NCBI GenBank assembly: GCA_963777605.1
Contig: CAVZRV010000035.1
Coordinates: forward strand, 64,001-128,000
Length of the DNA: 64,000 bases
Direction: 5' to 3'
Source: an uncultured Acidobacteriota bacterium
GTDB lineage: Bacteria > Acidobacteriota > UBA6911 > RPQK01 > JAPXNP01
Under the pieces are notes generated by a model, which was not told the DNA's origin, searched no databases, and was given only the letters and a program-made list of their open reading frames with translations. This document shows, piece after piece, positions 52,516 through 62,205 of this stretch; the stretch's first letter is position 1; each line of letters opens with the position of its first letter. A program made the translations under genes and the position numbers.

Positions 52516-53030
52516 ATGAAAATCCTCCGTCACAGACTCGTCTTCGATGATGGCGAGCCTGGTTCGGGCGGGAGTTCCCCGACACGGAAGTCATCCAGGC
52601 GACCCACAAGCACGAGAGCGAACCGGCCGGCTGGCACGTCTTTACCGAAGCTCAGATCGATGCGGCCCTGAAAGCATCGCTTCTCCTGATCGAAAAGTAC
52701 GGCCTCAAAGATGTCCTCGGTCATGAAGACGTTTCTCCCGGCCGGAAACAGGACCCGGGACCGGCCTTCCCCATGTCCAGCTTCAAGGCCCGGCTGCTGG
52801 GTCGCCAGGAAGAGGGGTCCATGTCGTTGAAGACCACAACGAATCTGAACATCCGCACCGGCCCCGGGACCCAGTTCCCGACGATCGAAGGTGGCCCGCT
52901 GCCTCCAGGTACTTTGGTCGTCGTCCTCCGCCAGGATGGGAGCTGGCGGTTTGTCGACGTGCTCTCCACAATCAACGGGGTGATGGATCTCCAGGGGTGG
53001 GTTCATGGGCGGTTTTTGGGACCGGCTTGA
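52516..53030 (+). pseudogene. Internally deleted N-acetylmuramoyl-L-alanine amidase (Amidase_2) with C-terminal SH3b
   Basis: MKILRHRL start joined out of frame to ...FTEAQI...VLGHEDVSPGRKQDPGPAFP...LNIRTGPGT...GWVHGRFL. Confidence 0.78.
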
Positions 53031-53235
53031 AACGAAGACCCGCTCGGAGGGTTAAAGGAAGAAAGGGAGCGAGGCCATCCCTGAGCTTGATCTCCCGCGC
53101 CGGATCTGCTCGGAGAGAGGCAAGTTGCGGGGACCCAACTCCACCGAGTCGACCGATCCGCGGTTCACAGCTGTCGGCCAATGCGTGAGATCATCCGGTA
53201 TGGCCTGAACCGGGCCGAAAAAGGAGCGATCCGGC

Positions 53236-54760
53236 ATGCGAAGTCTCACAGCAAGGGCGCTTGCTCTTTCCGTTGTTCTCGTCACCCTTCTGACCGTCTT
53301 CGGCTTTCCGGCATATGGGCAGGCTGGGTTCGGGGACGATCGGGTCATGCTGCAGGGTTTCTACTGGGAATCGCACCGCCACGGCCATTCCGGATCGCTT
53401 CCCCCAGTATGGTGATAAGAGCTGGTATGAGATCGTGTCCGAGCAGGCGGAAACGATCCGGGACGGTCGATTCGATCTGATCTGGCTCCCCCCACCGTCA
53501 TTCGCCGGGGAAATCAGCGCCGGCTACAATCCCAAGGAATATTTCAACCTCAACAACAGCTACGGCCCTTTCGAGACACATCGTTCGATGCTGGAAACCC
53601 TGCTGGAACATGGAATCGAGCCGGTCGCCGACATCGTCGTCAACCATCGGGACGGATCCACGGGCTGGGCCGGATTTACAGACCCCGCCTGGGGCACATG
53701 GGCGATCACCCGATTCGACGAGGCCTTCACGAATCCCGCCTCGGAAGTGTTCGACACTCCCCTGGCGGAAAGGGGAGCCGAAGAAGAGAGCCCGGTCGAG
53801 TATGCCGGGCACGTTGGCACAACCTACCAATACCCTTCGTTCCGGGACCTGGATCACACCAATCCAACGGTTCGGCGAGACCTGATTCGGTATCTATTGC
53901 AGCTCAGATCGATGGGCTACCGGGGCTGGCGCTATGACATGGTCCACGGCTACCACGCCAGATGGGTGGCAGTCTACAACCGGGCGACGCGGCCGACCTT
54001 TTCCGTGGGCGAATACGACTGGGACAAACACGCGGCGCAACGGGGATGGAGCTGGTACACGGCTACAACCGCAGGGGATCTCACGACGGCGAGCGATGTC
54101 TTCGATTTCACCACCTTTGCGACGCTGAAAAACAACAAGGGGAACTACCTGGCTCTTTACGGATATGGGAACGGCATCGGAATGGTGGGAGACACGACCA
54201 ACGGGCAGGCCTGGAAAAACCGGGCGGTGACGTTTCTCGAGAATCACGACACGGGATACCGAACCAATGAAGATGGCTCAGCGGAGCTTCACCACGAGTT
54301 CGACAGCTTCATGAATGACTGGCAGGTCGAGCAGGGCTACGCCCACATCCTGACCCACCCCGGAGTCCCCTGCGTCTACTGGAAGCACTACTTCGACTGG
54401 GGGACCGACCTCCAGGCGAAGATCCGCGCCCTCATCAACGCGCGGAAAGTCGCCGGCATTCACTCGGGCAGCACGGTCTACACCCAGCAAAACGCACAGG
54501 CGCGCGGCGTCTATGCCGCCGCCGTTACCGGTTACTTCGGCGTCCTCTATGTGCGCATCGGAGGGAGCGACGCCGATTGGCAGCCCTCCTACTCAGACTA
54601 TCGGGACTATCGGGAATACGCCCGGGGGTCAGGGTGGACCGTCTGGGTCGGCCTTCCCGGTAATCCCGATTTCCAACAGGCTCCCCTCAAGACGGCCCTG
54701 CCGGTTCCCGAGTATCGAGGACCCGAGGAGATCGCAGTTCCCGACGAGTGGCTGAACTGA
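53236..54760 (+). CDS. Secreted GH13 alpha-amylase; one frameshift near 53390
   Basis: Signal peptide plus VMLQGFYWES in one frame; DIVVNH, GWRYDMVHGY, VGEYDW and FLENHDT in the next. Confidence 0.88.
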
Positions 54761-55256
54761 TCCTCATCCACAAACGCAATCAGGGGCATCTCTAAAGCTG
54801 AGTGGGTCGAGTGCACACGATGCGACGGGATTGCCCGTTTATCACCGAAGTCAGCAGTCTTCAGATGCCGGGGTTATTTGCTTGCGACTTATCACTCAGT
54901 CCGATAAAATTCCATGCAACTCACAACGCAATTACCGACTCTCGGTTACACACTGCGTCCAGTAGCGGCTTCCAATTGGATTATCGAGACGGAATCACGC
55001 CGAATCGTTTGGAGCTGCTGGAAAGGAGGTCAGTCATGCGTAGGTCGCCCCGGGTAATACCGGAAGCCAGACTGCAGTCCGTCCCTCCGTGATCGACATG
55101 GCTTCGATTCATCAGGCAAGAGTACGCACACCATAAACTGGCTGCGCAACCATAAGGCGCGAGCCCTTGGCGCTTGGAGGAGACCCCGAGGCACTCCAAT
55201 CGAGAACCTCCGATCATGTTCAACCCTTCAGACAATGTCTCAACAGAGGTCGCAGC

Positions 55257-55508
55257 GTGAGTGAAACAGAGAGAATTCGTGAAATCAAGGCGAGAGCCGA
55301 ATCCGACTTGCTCAAGATCCCGGGTGTGACCGGAATTGATATCGGTTACAAAAAGGTCGGAGGCCGGAAGACGGCGATTCTCGCGATCCGAGTCTATGTC
55401 GAGAAAAAGGGAGATGTCGCCGAGAACCAGTCTATACCTTCAGAAATTGAAGGCGTCCCGACCGATGTGATCGAGCGGAAGTTTGTCCTGCACGCCGATC
55501 AGCAGTGA
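55257..55508 (+). CDS. Stand-alone copy of the N-terminal domain of the downstream protease
   Basis: [32 protein letters not shown]...IP....[14 protein letters not shown] aligns with the first ~80 aa of 55598-57004. Confidence 0.82.
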   Translation: MSETERIREIKARAESDLLKIPGVTGIDIGYKKVGGRKTAILAIRVYVEKKGDVAENQSIPSEIEGVPTDVIERKFVLHADQQ

Positions 55509-55597
55509 CCGGTACCAGCGCTGCGCCTGGGCCGTTGGAGGGTGGGGCCGAAGCGTCGCTAAATCCGCGCGGAAGAGGACCAGAGAGGAGTCCATTA

Positions 55598-57004
55598 ATG
55601 AAGACACTGAGCGAGATTCGAAGGGTGAAGAAGTCCCTTGAGGAAGAGATCATGGGCCGCCCAGGAGTCACTGGGTGCGATGTCGGACCGAAGATCGTCA
55701 AGGGGAAGAAGACAGGCGACTTGTCCATTCGAGTTTACGTGGAGAAGAAGGAAGATGTGCCGAAGAAGGACCAGATACCGAAAGCTTTCCTGGGGGTGAA
55801 AAGCGACGTCATCGAACGGAAATTTGTGCTGCACCAGATGAAGGCGAAGCTCGAGGATTTGAAGCCGAGAGCCGACACCGGGACCTATGATCCCCTTGTC
55901 GGCGGCATCAGCCTTGGTCCCTGCCGGGTGATCGGGGGGTACGTCTACACCGGGACTTTGGGCGCTATCGTCCGGGACAATGCTTCCAATGCCCCGATGC
56001 TATTGAGCAACTTTCACGTCATGTGTGTGGACGATGCCTGGGGTGTGGGCGATACCATGGCCCAGCCGAGCCGAGTGGATACAGGGTCCTGTCCCGCTGA
56101 CGTTGTGGGCACACTTCAGCGTTCATCGCTCGGGGGTCAGGTCGACTGCGCTGTGGCAGATATCACCGCACGAAGCAATGCCTGTGAGATCGTGGATATC
56201 GGCGCCGTCAATGGCACCGGGACGGCCACTGTTGAGATGGCCGTCAGGAAGAGAGGGCGTACGACAGGCCTTACTTATGGAATCGTCGACACGGTCGACC
56301 TGACCGTCAGCATCGACTACGGGGACGGGCTCGGTTCGGTCACCTTGACCGATCAGATCGGCATCGACGTTGATCCCGCCCAGAGCGTGCAGTTCGGCAA
56401 CTCGGGCGATTCGGGTTCTGTCGTCGTCGATGACGACCGCAATATTGTTGGGCTCTACTTCGCCGGAACCGACGACGGATCGTACGGCGTCGCCAACCCG
56501 ATTCAGTCGGTCCTGGCTGCGCTGAATATCAGCGTGTGCGTTCCCAAGATCAAGGAGATCAAGGAGTTCAAGGAACCCAAAGAATTCAAGGAGTTCAAAG
56601 AGCTCAAGGAATTCAAGGAGCCGAAGGAGTTCAAGGAGTTCAAGGAGTTCCGAAAGGAATTCAAGGAGCCCAAGGAGTTCAAGGAGTCGAAGGAGAGATT
56701 CAAGGAGTTCAAGGAGAAGGATAAGGATATCTACGAAGATTTCCCAGGCGGTCCCTTCGATCCGGGTCCGTTCGATCCCGGGCCTTGGGGCCAGCGATCC
56801 CTGGAAGAGCGCTTGGCTCGTCTCGAGACGGTTGCCAACCAGTTGGTGCACTTCATCAATCCGGAGATGCGTCCCGAGCTTGCGCGCTCAGCGTTGGCCC
56901 AAGAACCAGATTTGAGGAAAACTCAGGAAAAGCTCCAGAAAGAGGCCTCGGACGCTAAACAGGCCAAGGACAGTAAGGACGTTGAAAAGCCTCGCGAGCA
57001 GTAA
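55598..57004 (+). CDS. Trypsin-like (Nal1-type) serine protease with a C-terminal xKE repeat tail and coiled coil
   Basis: GTLG, LSNFHV (His), VDCAVA (Asp), GDSGS (Ser), VGLYFAG; GAGGAG RBS; no signal peptide. Confidence 0.87.
   Translation: MKTLSEIRRVKKSLEEEIMGRPGVTGCDVGPKIVKGKKTGDLSIRVYVEKKEDVPKKDQIPKAFLGVKSDVIERKFVLHQMKAKLEDLKPRADTGTYDPLVGGISLGPCRVIGGYVYTGTLGAIVRDNASNAPMLLSNFHVMCVDDAWGVGDTMAQPSRVDTGSCPADVVGTLQRSSLGGQVDCAVADITARSNACEIVDIGAVNGTGTATVEMAVRKRGRTTGLTYGIVDTVDLTVSIDYGDGLGSVTLTDQIGIDVDPAQSVQFGNSGDSGSVVVDDDRNIVGLYFAGTDDGSYGVANPIQSVLAALNISVCVPKIKEIKEFKEPKEFKEFKELKEFKEPKEFKEFKEFRKEFKEPKEFKESKERFKEFKEKDKDIYEDFPGGPFDPGPFDPGPWGQRSLEERLARLETVANQLVHFINPEMRPELARSALAQEPDLRKTQEKLQKEASDAKQAKDSKDVEKPREQ
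56549..56716 (+). repeat. Coding tandem repeat, 18 x (F/I/P/L/S/R)KE
   Basis: 9-bp unit TTCAAGGAG with synonymous AAG/AAA and GAG/GAA variation. Confidence 0.95.
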
Positions 57005-57049
57005 GGAATTGGCGTGGGACGGTGACCGAGCCTCTCGTCCGGGTCTCGC

Positions 57050-57790
57050 ATGTGGATAGTTTTGGGGAGTTTCAACGACGTCGGAGCGCTCTGGGCCTAC
57101 GAGGGACTGAAGGCGAGGGGACTTGAGCCGCTTGAGTTTGTCTCAAGTGAGTCCCTCGCCTACAGTCTCTTCTGGGAACATCGTGTCGGGCGAAGTGGCT
57201 CGACCTACACGGCATTTCGGCTGGCTGATGGCCGTTGCTTCACGAGCAAGGAAATCCGGGGGGTATTGAACCGCCTGGTCCATCTGCCGACGGACCATTT
57301 CGCCGTCGCGCAGCCTGGAGAGCGGGCCTACGCCGGCCAGGAATTGACGGCGTTCGTTCTGAGTTGGCTGACTTCCCTGGGGCCAAATGTGCTCAACCTG
57401 CCCTCACCCCAAGGGCTGTTTGGCCGCTGGCGAAGGCCGCTGGAATGGCTGCAACTGGCGTCACGGGCGGGTCTTTCAACCCGAGATTACCCGGATATCG
57501 CCTCTGAAATTTCCGGTGAGGAACCGGACCGTTTCTTGCGAGGCAGCCGATCAAACCGGATGGCCTTGGTGTTGGATGACACCGTCTACGGACCTGATCT
57601 TCCCGCCAGGGTGCGGTCTGGAGCAATCCGACTGGGCCGGCTTTCCGAAACGAGACTCCTGGGCGTTTCCTTCCATCCGGGATCGGAAAAGGATTGGGTT
57701 TTCGAAAGCGCGACACCTCTTCCTGACCTGCGGCCGGGCGGAAACATCTTTCTCGATGGACTCATGGAGGCTCTGACTCAAGAACGATGA
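57050..57790 (+). CDS. Degenerate or shortened ATP-grasp-like protein
   Basis: IRGVLNRL, VLNLPS, LQLASRAGL and LLGVSF...WVFESATPLPDL parallel the downstream ligase, but the lid lysine region and ExN are missing. Confidence 0.65.
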   Translation: MWIVLGSFNDVGALWAYEGLKARGLEPLEFVSSESLAYSLFWEHRVGRSGSTYTAFRLADGRCFTSKEIRGVLNRLVHLPTDHFAVAQPGERAYAGQELTAFVLSWLTSLGPNVLNLPSPQGLFGRWRRPLEWLQLASRAGLSTRDYPDIASEISGEEPDRFLRGSRSNRMALVLDDTVYGPDLPARVRSGAIRLGRLSETRLLGVSFHPGSEKDWVFESATPLPDLRPGGNIFLDGLMEALTQER

Positions 57791-58713
57791 TTCTCTTGTG
57801 CGGCATTCCCACTGAAGGTCCCCTTGCGCTGCTTCGGGCGGAGGTGGAGAAGCTCGGCTATCCCTACGTCCTGTTCAATCAGCGGCACTTTGCCGACTCC
57901 GGGATCGACCTTCGCCTCTCATCCGGGAAGGTCGCTGGGACCATTTCTACGGCGGGACGAACCTATCGGCTCGAGGATATCTCAGGAATCTTTGTGCGCC
58001 TGATGGACGAAAGGGAGTTACCTGAGATCCTGGAGGAACCAGAGGACTCTCCACTGAAACGGCACTGCCGTAAGCTTCACGAGTCGCTTGTCGAGTGGTG
58101 TGAAATCAGTCCCGGTCGGGTCGTAAATCGAGTGGCTCCGATGGGCTCCAACTTCTCGAAGCCGTACCAGGCACAGCTGATTTGTCGGCAGGGATTCTTG
58201 ACTCCAGAGACGCTCATCACAAATGACCCGCTCCTCGCGCGAGAGTTCTACCAGACCCGAAGGAAAGTCATCTACAAATCGATCAGTGGGGTCCGCTCGA
58301 TCGTTCAGCTGATGAAACCGGAGGATCTGGATCGGCTGGATTCTTTACGCTGGTGCCCGACCCAGTTCCAGGAATTCGTCGAGGGCGAGAACGTGAGGGT
58401 CCACACGATTGGGCAGACGAACGTCTTTGCCACCCGGATTGTTGCAGAAGCGACCGACTACCGCTACAGTCGCGCGGGCCAGGACCGGGATACGGAACTC
58501 CAACCGTGGTCCATTCCCGACGAACTTGCCGAGCGTTGTTTGAGACTCGCCCAGTCGCTGGGATTGGCCTTTGCCGGAATCGACTTGAAAATCACTCGCG
58601 AAGACGAGGTCTTTTGTTTCGAGGTTAATCCCTGCCCCGCATTCAGCTACTACGAATCCTACACGGGCCAGCCGATTGCCCGGGCCCTGGCGGAATACCT
58701 GGTCGGGCAGTAA
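57787..58713 (+). CDS. RimK/MvdD-like ATP-grasp ligase
   Basis: SNFSKPYQ, PETLITND, VIYKSISG, QFQEFVEG, VRVHTIG, FAGIDL and FEVNPCP; ATGA overlap with the upstream gene. Confidence 0.9.
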   Translation: MILLCGIPTEGPLALLRAEVEKLGYPYVLFNQRHFADSGIDLRLSSGKVAGTISTAGRTYRLEDISGIFVRLMDERELPEILEEPEDSPLKRHCRKLHESLVEWCEISPGRVVNRVAPMGSNFSKPYQAQLICRQGFLTPETLITNDPLLAREFYQTRRKVIYKSISGVRSIVQLMKPEDLDRLDSLRWCPTQFQEFVEGENVRVHTIGQTNVFATRIVAEATDYRYSRAGQDRDTELQPWSIPDELAERCLRLAQSLGLAFAGIDLKITREDEVFCFEVNPCPAFSYYESYTGQPIARALAEYLVGQ

Positions 58714-58953
58714 CCCCAGCCGGCGCGGGCCGCCGGACTCTTTGCGGGCATTTTAGAAATCTCTTTCCGACTGAAGGGATCTCATGTTCCATTGAAAGAG
58801 AAACGTGTCGAAGCGAAGACGACCGTGCCCTGAATCGCCAGGGAGCAGGAGGCGATTTCCGGCGAGTTGTTGGGTGTGGAAGACCGCCTCGAAGGTGGAA
58901 CTGTGCTCTGTCCTGAACCAGCCTCGCGGTTTCACTGGAAGCAGCCACGAGGG

Positions 58954-59470
58954 GGCTTTGTCAAGTTGAGCCAAGGTCAGCGTGATCAGCCAGAATTGTT
59001 GAATGAGCACCAGCTATAAAGGCGTGTGTTTCCCTCCCGAGATCATCAGTCATGCGGTCTGGCTCTACCATCGTTTCGCCCTCAGCTTTCGGGATGTCGA
59101 GGATCTGCTGGCTGAGCGTGGAATCATTGTTTCGCACGAAGCCATCCGTTTCTGGTGTCTGAAGTTCGGACCGGAATACGCTCGAAGGCTCCGAAAGAAA
59201 CAAGGTCGATTGGGGGGACATCTGGCATGTCGATGAAGTCTTCGTCAAAGTCCAGGGACAGCAGAGGTATCTGTGGCGCGCCGTCGATCAAGACGGCGAT
59301 GTTCTCGACATTTTGGTGACGAAGAGACAAAATAAACAAGCTGCCACGCGGTTCTTTCGCAAGCTGTTGAAGGGACAGGGTTCGTCGCCCTGGAAACTGG
59401 TCACCGATAAACTCCGGAGCTATTCTGCCGCTCATGGCGATGTCTTTCCCTCGATCGAGCATCGAACAGG
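58954..59470 (+). mobile_element. IS6-family element, frameshifted and 3'-truncated
   Basis: Left IR GGCTTTGTCAAGTT; FPPEIISHAVWLYHRFALSFRDVEDLLAERG / WHVDEVFVK...YLWRAVDQDG...TDKLRSY. Confidence 0.88.
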
Positions 59471-59474
59471 TTAG

Positions 59475-61464
59475 CCCAAGTTCGACAGTTGAGCCTGTCC
59501 GGGAGGGATTTTTCGGCTTATTCTGCTGATAACTTCTCTGTTTTCAATGGCCATTTTCCGGCGAGTGCGTGTAGTGGAGACAACCCCGTTGCGGACGGGG
59601 GGTTGAGGGCCCGATACTGGGGTCATGTTCCTTCGACCCAATCGCCGGCGTCGCAAAGGGGAAACCTACGAGTACTGGACGCTGGTGGAATCGGTGCGCA
59701 CGGCGCGGGGGCCGCGGCAGCGGATCGTGGCAACGCTGGGAAAGCTGCCCGGGTTGGACGAGGAAGAGCGGGCCGGCTGGGAGGAGATTGCGCGGTTGCT
59801 GGACGGGGAACCACGCTCGGCGGCCCAGCGAAAGCTGTTTGAGGCCGATCCGGAAGACCCGCCGCAGTGGGCTCAGGTCAACCTGCGTGGAGTCCGGGTG
59901 GAACGGGTCCGCGAGTTCGGCAAGGTGTGGTTGGGGTTGGCGTTGTGGCGCCGGTTGGGGCTGCACCAGTTCTTTGCCGACCACAGCCACCAGGGACGTG
60001 AGCAGGTGGACTGGGCGACGGTGGCCTGCATTCTGACGCTGGGACGATTCTGTGCCCAGGCCTCGGAGTTGGCCTTGGGCGAGCGGTGGTATGCGACGAC
60101 GGCGTTGGAGGATCTGGTCGGGGTGTCGGCCGACGCGGTGTACGACAACCGCCTCTATCGGGGCCTGGATCAGATGCTGCCGCTGCGCGACACCCTGTTC
60201 AGCCACCTGCGGGAACGCTACCGGAGCCTGTACGGAAGCCGCTTCGAGTTTCTGCTCTACGATGTCACCAGTACCTATTTCGAAGGCCAGTGCGGGAGCA
60301 ATCCGCTGGCCCAGCGGGGCTACAGCCGGGACAGTCGTCCGGACTGCAAACAGGTCTGCATTGGACTGGTGGTGACTCCGGAAGGGTTGCCCCTGGCCTA
60401 CGAGGTGTTTGCGGGAAACCGTGCGGACGTGACCACGGTCGAGGACATTGTGGAGTTGATGGAACGCAAGTACGGGCGCGCGCAACGGATCTGGGCGATG
60501 GACCGGGGCATGGTCAGTGAAGACAATCTGGACCATCTGCGTCGGCGCAACGCCTGGTACATCGTGGGGACACCGAAAGCGAAACTGAAACAGTTCGGCC
60601 GGGAACTCGAGGAGAAGACCGAGTGGCAGGAGGTCCAGCCCGGGCTGGAGGTGAAGCTGATCGAGCATCCGGACGGGCGGGGCCAGGAGCGGTTCGTGCT
60701 GTGCCGCAGCCAGGCCCGGCAAGCCAAAGAAGCGGCCATGCTGGAGCGGCAGCGGGAGCGGTTGCGGGCACACCTGGCGGCGATTGACGCGTCGCTGAGA
60801 AAGCGGCCGCAGGATCCGGAGTCGGTGGGCCGGCGGATCGGCCGATGGCTGGGGCGCCACACGGCGGCGGAGAAACTGTTTCGGGTGGAGGTGATCGTCG
60901 AAAAGAGTCGTGCCGTCCGTTTGCAGATCGAGGAGGACGAAGGTCGACGGGACTGGGCGCAGGCCGCCCAGGGAGCCTATCTGTTGCGAACCAACTGCAC
61001 GGAGACGGATCCGGTCCAGCTCTGGAAGTGGTACATGCATCTGACCGAGGTCGAGGATGCCTTCCGGATCAGCAAGTCGGATCTGGGATTGAGACCGGTG
61101 TTTCATCAGCGGCAGGACCGGGTCGAGGCCCATTTGCTGATCTGCTTTCTGGCGTTGGCTCTGTGGCGAAGCCTCGAACAGTGGTTGAGCGCCAAAGGGT
61201 TGGGAGACTGTGCACGGCGAGTGCTGGAACAGATGTCGACGATCCGATCAATGGACGTGGTGCTGCCCATCAAAGACCGGGCAGAAGTCCGCCTGCGACT
61301 GGTGGGCAAACCCGAACAGCCCACGGCGGAGTTGATGACCCGCATGCGCCTGGGCCTGCCCACCCGACCGAAAGTGATTCAAAATGTAGTGGAGAAAACG
61401 TAAGACCGCGGACTGCATCTAAACGACTTACCGCGATTTATACCCCTTAACTGTCGAACTTGGG
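59475..61464 (+). mobile_element. IS1634-family insertion sequence
   Basis: Terminal IRs CCCAAGTTCGACAGTT / AACTGTCGAACTTGGG around a single transposase. Confidence 0.9.
59625..61403 (+). CDS. IS1634-family DDE transposase
   Basis: YDVTSTYFEG, GYSRDSRPDCKQV, MDRGMVS and VEDAFRISKSDLGLRPVFH. Confidence 0.93.
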   Translation: MFLRPNRRRRKGETYEYWTLVESVRTARGPRQRIVATLGKLPGLDEEERAGWEEIARLLDGEPRSAAQRKLFEADPEDPPQWAQVNLRGVRVERVREFGKVWLGLALWRRLGLHQFFADHSHQGREQVDWATVACILTLGRFCAQASELALGERWYATTALEDLVGVSADAVYDNRLYRGLDQMLPLRDTLFSHLRERYRSLYGSRFEFLLYDVTSTYFEGQCGSNPLAQRGYSRDSRPDCKQVCIGLVVTPEGLPLAYEVFAGNRADVTTVEDIVELMERKYGRAQRIWAMDRGMVSEDNLDHLRRRNAWYIVGTPKAKLKQFGRELEEKTEWQEVQPGLEVKLIEHPDGRGQERFVLCRSQARQAKEAAMLERQRERLRAHLAAIDASLRKRPQDPESVGRRIGRWLGRHTAAEKLFRVEVIVEKSRAVRLQIEEDEGRRDWAQAAQGAYLLRTNCTETDPVQLWKWYMHLTEVEDAFRISKSDLGLRPVFHQRQDRVEAHLLICFLALALWRSLEQWLSAKGLGDCARRVLEQMSTIRSMDVVLPIKDRAEVRLRLVGKPEQPTAELMTRMRLGLPTRPKVIQNVVEKT

Positions 61465-61836
61465 CTAACATCCATCAGCTTCTGAATGGGGGGAGGACTC
61501 TCTTCTCCGGTCATCGGTTTCCACGCCAGATTCACTCTGCCGGGCCGCGAGGTTGGGCGCAGGCCCGTTTCGGCTTGGGTTCTTCAACAGCCATTCGCGC
61601 CTTTCCGCCTTCCAAATAGGAGTCAGTACCAACCCTGCAAAAGCAGCCCAGAAAGAGAATCCGCAAATGAGGATTATCAACGCCCTCAGGAGTTCACGTT
61701 GGCTCGATACATTCAACGCCAGCAGCGCACAACTCAAAAGGAAGAGAACTGCCCCAATGAACCGCAGCCGTTTCAGAAAGCGGATGATGCGGTCATACCC
61801 CTCCAAGGATCGTTGGGGTTCTTGGTGCCTGGCCAT
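61465..61836 (-). CDS. Small two-TM membrane protein
   Basis: Two hydrophobic segments; stop codon abuts the IS end. Confidence 0.55.
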   Translation of the reverse strand: MARHQEPQRSLEGYDRIIRFLKRLRFIGAVLFLLSCALLALNVSSQRELLRALIILICGFSFWAAFAGLVLTPIWKAERREWLLKNPSRNGPAPNLAARQSESGVETDDRRRESSPHSEADGC

Positions 61837-62205
61837 TACATTCCCGGACTCAGTTTACTCGCAATCTTCGGAGCCCGGCATCCGACTGCCGGCGACACTT
61901 GGCCTTTGCACGTTGTTCAGCCCTCTCACTGTTGACTTTGCACTGCCCATGGCGGGATTCACGACTACTCCAACTCGAAATAGCTGCACCCATCCAGACC
62001 AGTTGGCCTGGCCACAAGATTGAGACGCTGCTTATTCCCGGAATCCGGGTTGATACGGATCTTGACGCTTCCAGAACAGAAACCTTCAATGCCTCATGCA
62101 GCGCCGTGACGGAGGTCCTCCACAACAAGTCGTTTTCTGGATCGCTCATCGACTTTCGGCGTCTCAATTCAAGTGTTCTTTGGCACAGCATTTCTGAGCC
62201 CGGCC

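Noticed and set aside
56549-56716. Non-coding VNTR or CRISPR-like repeat
   Set aside because: It is in frame within the protease, shows synonymous variation and has no spacers
59544-61133. 529-aa minus-strand ORF and similar long antisense ORFs over the T4SS genes
   Set aside because: Shadow ORFs opposite well-supported genes, as expected in GC-rich DNA
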